This document shows positions 1-7,542 of a stretch of 18,121 nucleotides of DNA, one piece after another. The notes beneath the pieces are model-generated. The model made no database searches. It was not told where the DNA came from and saw nothing but the letters and a program-made list of their open reading frames with translations. The stretch's first letter is position 1. Each line of letters starts with the position of its first letter. The DNA comes from Bdellovibrionota bacterium. Its GTDB lineage: Bacteria > Bdellovibrionota_C > UBA2361 > CAKMMH01. Both the position numbers and the translations under genes were made by a program. The stretch covers positions 1 through 18,121 of the forward strand of contig JBMNLI010000008.1 of NCBI GenBank assembly GCA_050952645.1, read 5' to 3'.

Positions 1-222
1 GCCTCTCTTTAAATTAAGATGTAACTAAGATGTGATTTAGTAAAAATGGTTACTAAATGATTTCTAAAAAACCATAAAACATCGTGCTAATAAATTTTAC
101 TAAGCAAAAAAACTGATATATCATGTAAAGTTAGTTAATTTTATTTAACGGTGAGAATTTTTAATTCTTCACTAAACATAAAAAAACATGAAAAACAGAA
201 AGGTTTATTAAAAAAAAATGAA

Positions 223-531
223 ATGTTAGCTAATTATCAAAATGTAGGATTTGCTATTTACGTTTTTAAAAATGGAGAGATAGAAATTGTATTTAAACCC
301 CTTTTAAAAATAAAAGGGAATAAAAAAGATGAAGTTCTAAAGATCCTTGAAGAACAATCTCCTATTAAAGGTTGGAGTTTTGATCTTGAAAAAATGACTG
401 CTAAAACAGTTATTGAATGGGGCAAAGACGTTTCTACTAGTAAAGAGGAAAAACTCGCCCTATTTAATGAAAAATACAAAATAGGATTAGAGAGCGCTGC
501 AAATACGATTTTAGCCACTTTTAAAAAGTGA
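223..531 (+). CDS. hypothetical protein (~102 aa)
   Basis: Open frame 151..531. The in-frame ATG at 223 (MLANYQNVGF...) is preferred because the upstream part is A-run low complexity. Followed by a terminator-like hairpin. No family recognised. Confidence 0.55.
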   Translation: MLANYQNVGFAIYVFKNGEIEIVFKPLLKIKGNKKDEVLKILEEQSPIKGWSFDLEKMTAKTVIEWGKDVSTSKEEKLALFNEKYKIGLESAANTILATFKK

Positions 532-593
532 AAACTAGTTTCATTAACACTACCTTAGCCTCTAAGCTAAAATAAAATGAGAACAAATCTATT

Positions 594-632
594 AAAAGGG
601 CATTTAGAAACTTTTCTTATGCCCTATTTTTA
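594..632. terminator. probable bidirectional intrinsic terminator
   Basis: AGGGCAT(597-603)...ATGCCCT(619-625) with inner AGAAA/TTTCT pairing, A-run on the left and T-run on the right, lying between convergent genes. Confidence 0.55.
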
Positions 633-704
633 TTAAAAATAAATTAAAAAAAAGCTCATCTTAATCGTTAAAATAGTTAAGCGTAAAATAAAGAAGTTTA
701 GTGT

Positions 705-1454
705 TTAAATATAAAGTCCACCACTAACGCTAAGAACTTGACCAGTTATATAGGAAGCCTCTGGCATAGCGAAAAAAGCTACTGCATTTGCCACCTCAGA
801 TGGTTTTGCAAATCTTTTTAAAGGGATACTAGCAAGACAAGCTTCTTTTACTTTCTCATTTAATTCATTAGTCATATCGGTTTCAATAAACCCAGGAGTT
901 ACCACATTTACAGTAATATTTTTACTAGCAAGCTCCTTAGCTAACGTTTTAGATAAGCCTATAAGTCCAGCCTTTGAAGCAGAATAGGCACTTTGACCAG
1001 CATTTCCCATTTGTCCAACTATCGAGCTTATATTTACGATGCGACCATACTTAGCCTTTATCATTAATTTTGAAACTGCTCTTGAAACGTAAAAAGCACC
1101 AGTTAAATTAACCTCAAGGGTAGCTAGCCAATCTTCATCTTTAGCTCGCACTATTAGATCATCTCTAGAAATACCAGCATTATTAACTAATATATCGATT
1201 TTACCCTTTTCTTCTTTTATTTGATTTATCGCATCTTCAACGGCTTGCTTTTCTTGCACTTTAAAACCGATAGCCTTTGCATCTCCCCCATTAGCTTTTA
1301 TTTCATCTACTACTTTTTCAGCTAACTCCTTATTTGAAGAATAATTTATATAAACGAAAGCACCCTCTTTTGCTAGTGCTAATGATATCTCTTTACCTAT
1401 CCCACGAGATGCACCAGTTACTAAAACTACTTGCGAATCTAATTTTTTACTCAT
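705..1454 (-). CDS. fabG: 3-oxoacyl-[ACP] reductase
   Basis: SDR motifs TGASRGIG, NNAG, YSASK and PGFIETDM. GNAGQ and the position after plsX are typical of FabG. Confidence 0.95.
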   Translation of the reverse strand: MSKKLDSQVVLVTGASRGIGKEISLALAKEGAFVYINYSSNKELAEKVVDEIKANGGDAKAIGFKVQEKQAVEDAINQIKEEKGKIDILVNNAGISRDDLIVRAKDEDWLATLEVNLTGAFYVSRAVSKLMIKAKYGRIVNISSIVGQMGNAGQSAYSASKAGLIGLSKTLAKELASKNITVNVVTPGFIETDMTNELNEKVKEACLASIPLKRFAKPSEVANAVAFFAMPEASYITGQVLSVSGGLYI

Positions 1455-2550
1455 TTTCTTTCCCCCTTTCCCTTTTTCTTTTTATATCACTTTCAATTTC
1501 TTTCCACACATCGGCTTCTAAATAAGAGTTCGAGTCGAAGTCGATATCTAGCAAAGCCTCCTTTATTATTTCTGAAATATTTGCTTCCACAAAATCACTA
1601 GTAGATTTTAGTCCGTAATAAAAAGCCTCTTCTTTTGATGCTCCATGAAGAACCATCGCAGGAATATTCAATCCAAGAAGTGGAGCAGTAGAGTTTTCAG
1701 ATAATTTTAATTTTTCTTTTAATATCGATTTAATAACGGGCTTAGCAAGAAATAATCCGATTGAGCCTAATATCCTTTTTTTTGCCGACACTTTTAGTAA
1801 ATCGAAAATAAACGATACCATTCCCTCCATGGTCTTTAAGACGATATTTCCAACAAAGCCATCGCATACCACCACATCAGCCATATCTTTTATAATTCCA
1901 CGTCCCTCAACATAGCCGATAAAATTAATATCTTTCTTTTTACTTAAATATAATGCAGTTGAACGAATAATATCCGTGCCCTTACAAAGCTCTTCACCGT
2001 TAGAAAGCAAGGCTACCCTAGGAAAATCGATCTTATAGGCAACGCTAGCAAAAACACTTCCCATAAGAGCAAAAGCTATTAACTGATTTCTATTACAATC
2101 TATATTTGCACCACTATCTAATAAAATTAAAGGAGCTTTATCTATTCTTGGAATTCTCGTAGCTATTGCAGGTCGTTGAATCCCTGGGAGCGTTCCACAA
2201 ACGGCTAGGCCTGCTGCCATCATAGCCCCAGTGTTCCCTGGGCTCATCACTCCAAAGGCTCTCCCCTCTTTTACTGTTTCAAACACCACTCTTATTGAAG
2301 CCTTTCTTTTTCCTCTTATCGCAAGAGATGGGCTTTCTTCCATAGCTATAACATCTGGGGAATGTTGCACCTTTATAAGCTCGCTTTCAGTTTCTCCCAT
2401 TTCTTTTAGCGTATTAAAAATTTCTTCTTCAATACCTACAAGAATAATAGGAATATTAAAATCTTTAGCAGCTCGCACAGTGCCTTTTATAACAACACTG
2501 CTTCCTAAATCTCCGCCCATTACATCTACTGCAATTCTTTTTCGTTCCAC
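1447..2550 (-). CDS. plsX: phosphate:acyl-ACP acyltransferase PlsX
   Basis: IAVDVMGGD, SPGNTGA, RPAIA, LDSGAN and DVVVCDGFVGNIVLKTMEG motifs. GTG start with GGAG upstream; lies downstream of rpmF. Confidence 0.95.
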   Translation of the reverse strand: MERKRIAVDVMGGDLGSSVVIKGTVRAAKDFNIPIILVGIEEEIFNTLKEMGETESELIKVQHSPDVIAMEESPSLAIRGKRKASIRVVFETVKEGRAFGVMSPGNTGAMMAAGLAVCGTLPGIQRPAIATRIPRIDKAPLILLDSGANIDCNRNQLIAFALMGSVFASVAYKIDFPRVALLSNGEELCKGTDIIRSTALYLSKKKDINFIGYVEGRGIIKDMADVVVCDGFVGNIVLKTMEGMVSFIFDLLKVSAKKRILGSIGLFLAKPVIKSILKEKLKLSENSTAPLLGLNIPAMVLHGASKEEAFYYGLKSTSDFVEANISEIIKEALLDIDFDSNSYLEADVWKEIESDIKRKRERGKENE

Positions 2551-2709
2551 TAAAAATGCTCCAAACTTTAAAACTAATAAACCTTAAGGTAAATTATAAA
2601 AAATCTACTTATAATAATTCACATACAATTTGAATATAATTTTTACATTATATAAAAATACTAAAGAACAAAAAACTAGATAACTAAATTTTTAAATTGA
2701 ATATTCTTT

Positions 2710-2739
2710 TTATTCAGTTTCAGTTTATTCAGTTTCAGT
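2710..2739. repeat. exact 15-bp tandem duplication of the rpmF 3' end
   Basis: TTATTCAGTTTCAGT at 2710-2724 and 2725-2739. Confidence 0.9.
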
Positions 2740-2913
2740 ATTGACATCTACTACTTGTTTTCCTCTATATTGTCCACAATTTGGGCACACTCTATGAGGA
2801 CGCATTGCAGAATCGCAATTCTGGCACGTAATAGTATTTATAGCAGTTAAAGCATCGTGTGAGCGACGCATATCTCTTTTTGAACTAGAAGTTTTCTTCT
2901 TAGGAACTGGCAT
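2725..2913 (-). CDS. rpmF: 50S ribosomal protein L32 (Zn-ribbon type)
   Basis: [17 protein letters not shown], two CxxC motifs, PHRVC..CGQY; GAGGT ribosome-binding site. Confidence 0.97.
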   Translation of the reverse strand: MPVPKKKTSSSKRDMRRSHDALTAINTITCQNCDSAMRPHRVCPNCGQYRGKQVVDVNTETE

Positions 2914-2973
2914 AATAACACCTCAAATTTAATATATAAATATCTCTAATTAAAATTACATATAGAATACGTT

Positions 2974-3039
2974 TAAATCATGCATAAATCATGCATAAAT
3001 CATGCATAAATTAAACGTAAATTACGCATAAATTACGCA
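2974..3039. repeat. 11-bp tandem repeat x6
   Basis: TAAATCATGCA x3, TAAATTAAACG, TAAATTACGCA x2. Confidence 0.9.
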
Positions 3040-3074
3040 TAAAAAAAAGAACTCAAAATATAAACTTTTCTCTT

Positions 3075-3108
3075 TTTCGTGTATAACTACATTTCGTGTA
3101 TAACTACA
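3075..3108. repeat. 17-bp tandem repeat x2
   Basis: TTTCGTGTATAACTACA twice, exact. Confidence 0.9.
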
Positions 3109-3185
3109 ATACACCTACAACATCTAAACATATTATCATAAAATCTGGTTATTTCTCAAGTAGAAAGCAAAATAATTTATCTATT

Positions 3186-3225
3186 ATTTACTTAAAAGCA
3201 TTTACTTAAAAGTATTTACTTTAAA
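3186..3225. repeat. 14-bp tandem repeat x~3
   Basis: ATTTACTTAAAAGC, ATTTACTTAAAAGT, ATTTACTTTAAA. Confidence 0.85.
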
Positions 3226-3274
3226 TGATCCTTTAGAATATCGCATAAAAGAGCTAGCAAAAGCTATATAAATC

Positions 3275-3304
3275 TTCTTGCAAGGTAAAATTATCTTGCA
3301 AGAA
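3275..3304 (-). terminator. hairpin downstream of ssb
   Basis: TTCTTGCAAGGTAA / TTATCTTGCAAGAA inverted repeat with one mismatch, about 35 nt after the ssb stop. The U-tract is weak. Confidence 0.5.
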
Positions 3305-3339
3305 CCCTAACTTGCCCTTTCTAAAATTTAAATTTTTAA

Positions 3340-3804
3340 TTAAAATGGAATATCGTCTTCATCAAACGCCGCATCGATAGGCTCTTCTAGGCTATCTGCA
3401 CTAGCTAGAGAGTCTAAATAATTATCCGTTGCTACGTCTTGCGTAGCCTCATAAGATGCACTAGAAGAAGAAGCTTTTCCGCCTATAAACTGAACGGTAT
3501 TAGCTAAAATTTCAGTAGTATTTCTATCTTTTCCTTCTCTATCTTGCCATTTGCGAGTTTGAAGTTTCCCTTCGATATAAACCTCGCTTCCTTTCTTTAA
3601 ATATTTACTACAATTTTCAGCAGTTTTACCAAACGTAACTATATTATGCCACTCAGTATGATCGGTCCAAGCACCGCTTGCAGTATCCTTTCTTCTTTCT
3701 CCCGTTGCTAAAGAAAATCTTGCCATTGGGTATTGTGTAGCTGAATATCTTAACTCTGGGTCTTTTCCAAGACGCCCTAATAGTATAACTTTATTTACTC
3801 CCAT
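3340..3804 (-). CDS. ssb: single-stranded DNA-binding protein
   Basis: VNKVILLGRLGKDPELRY, TEWH, YLKKGSEVYIEGKLQTRKW and the C-terminal DDIPF tail. Confidence 0.98.
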   Translation of the reverse strand: MGVNKVILLGRLGKDPELRYSATQYPMARFSLATGERRKDTASGAWTDHTEWHNIVTFGKTAENCSKYLKKGSEVYIEGKLQTRKWQDREGKDRNTTEILANTVQFIGGKASSSSASYEATQDVATDNYLDSLASADSLEEPIDAAFDEDDIPF

Positions 3805-3988
3805 ATTTTCCCCTTTAAAATATATGTAATACGTAAAAAAAAACTATATAAAAAAATATTACATAAAAATATTGTTTGATTATAAATAGCTCCTTATAAA
3901 AAGTCAAAAAGAATAAGCTATTTAGCGAAAAATTTTTTACAAGGAAATAATCGATAAATAGGCTAAGAAAATTTCGTTTATATCAAAA

Positions 3989-4279
3989 TTAAAATCCAAA
4001 ATACTCTTTAATTTCCTCTCGTGGCTCCCAAGCTGGCTCGAATACTATCTTAACCTCAGTTTCCTTAACTCCATCTACCTTTCCTACTGCATCTTTTACG
4101 TTTTGTATAATATATGGTGCCATCGGGCATAGGGGAGTAGTAAAAGTCATCGTTACTATTACCACGTCTTCTTTTATGTCGATGTCGTATATTAGTCCTA
4201 AAAAATATATATCGAGTCCAAGGTCTGGGTCATCTACAGTTTTTAAAGCTTCTATTACATCATTTTTACTTATTGACAT
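3989..4279 (-). CDS. metal-sulfur cluster assembly factor (DUF59/SufT/PaaD-like)
   Basis: VDDPDLGLDIYFLGLIY, MTFTTPLCPMA and FEPAW motifs; AAGGAG ribosome-binding site. Confidence 0.9.
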   Translation of the reverse strand: MSISKNDVIEALKTVDDPDLGLDIYFLGLIYDIDIKEDVVIVTMTFTTPLCPMAPYIIQNVKDAVGKVDGVKETEVKIVFEPAWEPREEIKEYFGF

Positions 4280-4455
4280 TTTTCTCCTTATAACATTATC
4301 TGTATAAATTTACTCTTATAAATTTATCCTTAGAGTATATCACAGCGGCTCTTTTTTAAAACAAAAAAGTGTCTAGTTTAATTTGGCAACCTTTGCGATT
4401 TTAAAACGCAATATAGATAAAATAATTCGCTTTGTTAAAAATATAACTCTTTCTC

Positions 4456-4485
4456 TTGCGAAATAAGTATTTTTAAAGTTATTCT
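4456..4485 (+). promoter_or_regulatory. candidate sigma70 promoter, possibly for a leaderless mRNA
   Basis: TTGCGA(4456-4461)-18 bp-TATTCT(4480-4485), 7 nt before ATG 4493; no Shine-Dalgarno sequence. Confidence 0.35.
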
Positions 4486-4492
4486 TATCCTT

Positions 4493-5458
4493 ATGTTTTT
4501 AAAGAAAAAAGATTTCATAGTTATTTTAGGCTGGATTATTACTATACTAGTATTTGCAATTATCGCGCGCCATTTAAACTTTAAAGAGTTTATTGAACAT
4601 TTAAAAAAAGTTTCCTATTTTGATCTATTTATTTTAATAGCGATATACCTTATAGGCTTTGTTATAAGGGGAGCTAGAACGAAAATAATGCTCCCTACGC
4701 TCAACTTTAAACAGGCGTTAGGTGGTATCTTTGTAGGCTACGCTGCAAATAATATCTTACCTGCAAGGCTTGGGGAGTTGCTACGAGCACAAGTTATCGG
4801 GAAGCATTCAAACATTTCAAGAAGCATCATTTTTTCAAATATATTAGTAGAGAGAATTTTAGACGGCGTAGCTATCGTTTTGTTATTATTTTGGGGAGCC
4901 TCTTCGCTAGAGCTTCCTAAGTGGATAGATAACTTAAAAAATTTAGGGCTTATTATTTTTAGCGTATCTATTGCAGGGCTAATTTTTATAAATTTTTTAA
5001 ATATAAAATATAAATTTACTTTTAAGGATAATTTTTTAGGAAACTTTATAAAGAATATACTAGAGGGTTTTAGGATTTCTATGAAGAGTCCGAAAATGTT
5101 TATTCTAGTATTACTTATATCGATTTTTATTTGGGCTTTTGAAAGCATCATGTTTTATTATGGACTTGGTATTTTTAATATACCAAGGTCATTTCACTTA
5201 GCATGTCTAATATTAGGGATTACAAACTTAGCGGTTCTAGTGCCTAGTAGCCCAGGAGGAGTTGGAGTATTCGAGGCTACGGCTTTGGCAACGCTTAAAA
5301 TTTTTAAAGTCGCTATGCCACTTGCTCTTGCTTACGGGAGCGTCGTTCATGCCTGCCAACTTATTCCAGTAGTAATTATCGGAATACTTTTTATGCCATA
5401 TTTTGGACTGAAAAGTTTAAAGATAACTAACGATAGTAAGATTGATATATCTTCTTAG
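4493..5458 (+). CDS. lysylphosphatidylglycerol synthase TM-domain / UPF0104 flippase-like membrane protein
   Basis: GYAANNILPARLGELLRA, VERILD and VPSSPGGVGVFE motifs; multiple hydrophobic segments. Confidence 0.88.
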   Translation: MFLKKKDFIVILGWIITILVFAIIARHLNFKEFIEHLKKVSYFDLFILIAIYLIGFVIRGARTKIMLPTLNFKQALGGIFVGYAANNILPARLGELLRAQVIGKHSNISRSIIFSNILVERILDGVAIVLLLFWGASSLELPKWIDNLKNLGLIIFSVSIAGLIFINFLNIKYKFTFKDNFLGNFIKNILEGFRISMKSPKMFILVLLISIFIWAFESIMFYYGLGIFNIPRSFHLACLILGITNLAVLVPSSPGGVGVFEATALATLKIFKVAMPLALAYGSVVHACQLIPVVIIGILFMPYFGLKSLKITNDSKIDISS

Positions 5459-5488
5459 GCTACCTAAAGCTTGTGTTAAAAAAAATCA

Positions 5489-5511
5489 GGTTCTTTGACG
5501 TTTTAGGTGGG
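5489..5511 (+). repeat. dispersed motif copy (GTTCTT(T)CACGTTTTAAGG family)
   Basis: GGTTCTTTGACGTTTTAGGTGGG; the first 21 nt match 7128-7148 at 19 positions. Confidence 0.75.
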
Positions 5512-5513
5512 TT

Positions 5514-5618
5514 AGTTAATGTCAATATAAAATTATCCCAAAGTGGGTAAAGTTATCTTCACGTTTTTTGGGTAGTCTTATTTTGCGTTTTTCGGGTAAA
5601 TTTATATTGACATTAACA
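5514..5618. mobile_element. MITE-like element with IS21-like ends
   Basis: Perfect 17-bp inverted repeat GTTAATGTCAATATAAA (5515-5531) / TTTATATTGACATTAAC (5601-5617), extending imperfectly to about 24 bp. The right end terminates in ...ACA. Internal GGGTA repeats at 5545, 5570 and 5594. Confidence 0.55.
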
Positions 5619-5683
5619 CACGATGGATGATGACAGGTTAAAGCAAGGGGTTTAGAGCTTTCAAAAAAGCATAAAAGCCAAGC

Positions 5684-5775
5684 TTTGAATTGTTTGATAG
5701 TAAATTATTGTATTTTTTGGTAGTGATTTGCATTATTTTTTGGCATTAAATCTATTGATTTTTTGGTAGTCGGTG
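5684..5775. repeat. four direct repeats with 23-bp period, core ATTTTTTGGTAGT
   Basis: The core G falls at 5696, 5719, 5742 and 5765. Confidence 0.75.
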
Positions 5776-5782
5776 CTATAAT
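5755..5782 (+). promoter_or_regulatory. sigma70 promoter with extended -10 for the ATPase gene
   Basis: TTGATT(5755-5760)-16 bp-TATAAT(5777-5782) with TG at 5774-5775. Confidence 0.65.
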
Positions 5783-5856
5783 ACGCTTATAAGATTTATA
5801 TAGCATTATATAACAATATTATGTAGCAATATTATGTATAGCAATAAGGCGGCGTG

Positions 5857-7110
5857 ATGAAAATTTTAAACTATAGAAAAAGATTAATTGAATCTCAAAT
5901 CAAAAAAAAGATGTCCTATAGTGGCGGAGTAATTATCGAAGGGGCAAAATGGGTTGGGAAATCTACGACGGCTAGCATTTTTTCTAATACATTTATAAAA
6001 CTACAAGACCCACTCATAAAAAAACAATATCAAATTTTAGCCACAATATCGAAAGAAGAGGTTTTGCAAGGCAAAAAACCCATATTATTTGATGAATGGC
6101 AAGAAGTGCCAGAGATTTGGGATTTTATTCGTCTTGATATCGACGAAAATAACCATAAAGGAGCGTACCTTCTAACTGGATCAACAAAAAAGCAAAACAT
6201 TAAAACTTCACATACAGGAACAGGAAGAATTAACTCGATTTACATGCGTCCTATGAGTTTATATGAGAGTGGAGAATCTAATGGGTTAATTTCTTTAAAG
6301 GAATTATTTTCAAAGCCGAAGCTTATTCCCGTTATGTCTAATATTACAATCGACGATATATTACATTATATCTGCAGGGGAGGTTGGCCGGGAAGTTTAG
6401 ACTTAAGTAAAGATATGCAATTAGAAGTTCCTAAAGATTTGCTTGAAAGCATTATTAGAAGAGATATAGATGAAGTTGATGGAATAGTAAAAGATAAAGA
6501 AAAATTAATGAAGATAGTAAAAAGCTATGCTAGAAACACTTCTACTTTAGCTACAAACTCAACTATTTATAAGGATCAAGCTTATGATGTTAGTGTAAAT
6601 CCTAAAACCTTTGATGCATATATTAATTCTTTAAAAAGATTATTTATTATAGAGGATGTTTTGCCTTGGTCTCCAAACATTAGAAGTTCGGCTAGGCTTA
6701 GAAAAGGAAGCAAAAGACAATTTGTCGATCCTAGTATTGCCGTTGCTGCTTTAGGACTATCCCCTGATAAATTAAAAAAAGATTTTGAAACACTCGGCTT
6801 CTTATTTGAATCTATTGCGACTAGAGATATTAGGGTTTATGCGGAAGAAATTGGAGGAACTGTTTATTACTATAACGATACAACAGGACTTGAAATAGAT
6901 TTGATTGTTGAGTTAAAAGACGGAAGCTGGGCGGGAATAGAAGTAAAGTTAGGAGAAAATGAAGTTGATAAAGCAAGTGCTAATTTAATAAAATTAGCAA
7001 ACATATCCACTGTTAAACCGTCTTTACTTATGATATTAACGAATACCAAAATGGCCTATCAAAGACCTGACGGCGTGTATGTGATCCCGCTTGGATGTTT
7101 AAAGCCTTAA
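5857..7110 (+). CDS. AAA_14 ATPase with DUF4143 / PD-(D/E)XK-like C-terminus
   Basis: Walker A GAKWVGKST, Walker B ILFDEWQ, LLTGS, HTGTGRI..IYMRPMSLYES, RGGWP, FVDPS, GFLFES and EIDLIVE...IEVK. Start is GTG 5854 or ATG 5857. Confidence 0.9.
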   Translation: MKILNYRKRLIESQIKKKMSYSGGVIIEGAKWVGKSTTASIFSNTFIKLQDPLIKKQYQILATISKEEVLQGKKPILFDEWQEVPEIWDFIRLDIDENNHKGAYLLTGSTKKQNIKTSHTGTGRINSIYMRPMSLYESGESNGLISLKELFSKPKLIPVMSNITIDDILHYICRGGWPGSLDLSKDMQLEVPKDLLESIIRRDIDEVDGIVKDKEKLMKIVKSYARNTSTLATNSTIYKDQAYDVSVNPKTFDAYINSLKRLFIIEDVLPWSPNIRSSARLRKGSKRQFVDPSIAVAALGLSPDKLKKDFETLGFLFESIATRDIRVYAEEIGGTVYYYNDTTGLEIDLIVELKDGSWAGIEVKLGENEVDKASANLIKLANISTVKPSLLMILTNTKMAYQRPDGVYVIPLGCLKP

Positions 7111-7127
7111 CGAGAGTTGTTTTTTGT

Positions 7128-7294
7128 GGTTCTTTCACGTTTTAAGTGTGGGGGGTAGCTTAATTTAGAAAGGAAATTTATCGGTGCCAGAGCTTTAACG
7201 CAAATTATTTTAAAGTCAATTTTCTTTTGAGCTTCGTCGAGGTGAGTAATACTAATTTTAAGGTCTAAAACCTACCTTAAAACGTGAAGATACT
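7128..7294. repeat. ~165-bp element bounded by inverted copies of the dispersed motif
   Basis: TTCACGTTTTAAG (7134-7146) / CTTAAAACGTGAA (7276-7288), a perfect 13-bp inverted repeat. Confidence 0.75.
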
Positions 7295-7480
7295 AAATAT
7301 TTAAAATATAAATATTACGCTCTATGGCTTTGTATATAATTTATTTTTTGGTATACTAAGATGCTCCTAGCGTTATAAAAAACTGTAAAACAACTATAAA
7401 AGCAAAAGGAAAATAAAAAGGAAAATAAAAAAATAAAAAATTTAATAATAATATCAGTGTATTAAATACAAAAATTGTAG

Positions 7481-7509
7481 TTTACGAAAATCGTGCCGAT
7501 TAGTATAAT
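7481..7509 (+). promoter_or_regulatory. candidate sigma70 promoter of manA
   Basis: TTTACG-17 bp-TATAAT; AAGGAAG before the start codon. Confidence 0.45.
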
Positions 7510-7542
7510 AGCGAGATTAACTATTATAAACAAGGAAGTTTA

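Noticed and set aside
36..172. Small hairpins TTTAGTAA/TTACTAAA and GTGAGAATT/AATTCTTCAC near the window start
   Set aside because: AT-rich short stems expected by chance, and the upstream context is missing.
2974..3225. CRISPR array or replication origin
   Set aside because: Units are 11-17 bp and directly adjacent with no unique spacers; no cas genes; no cluster of TTATCCACA DnaA boxes.
7133..7146. parS site (TTTCACGT resembles part of TGTTTCACGTGAAACA)
   Set aside because: Not palindromic; the second half is TTTAAG.
7104..7294. Integron attC site after the ATPase gene
   Set aside because: CCTTAAC overlaps the stop, but no complementary GTTRRRY end was found and there is no integrase in the window.
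7342..7353. Additional TATTTTTTGGTA copy downstream of the ATPase
   Set aside because: Isolated, T-rich and plausible by chance at this base composition.
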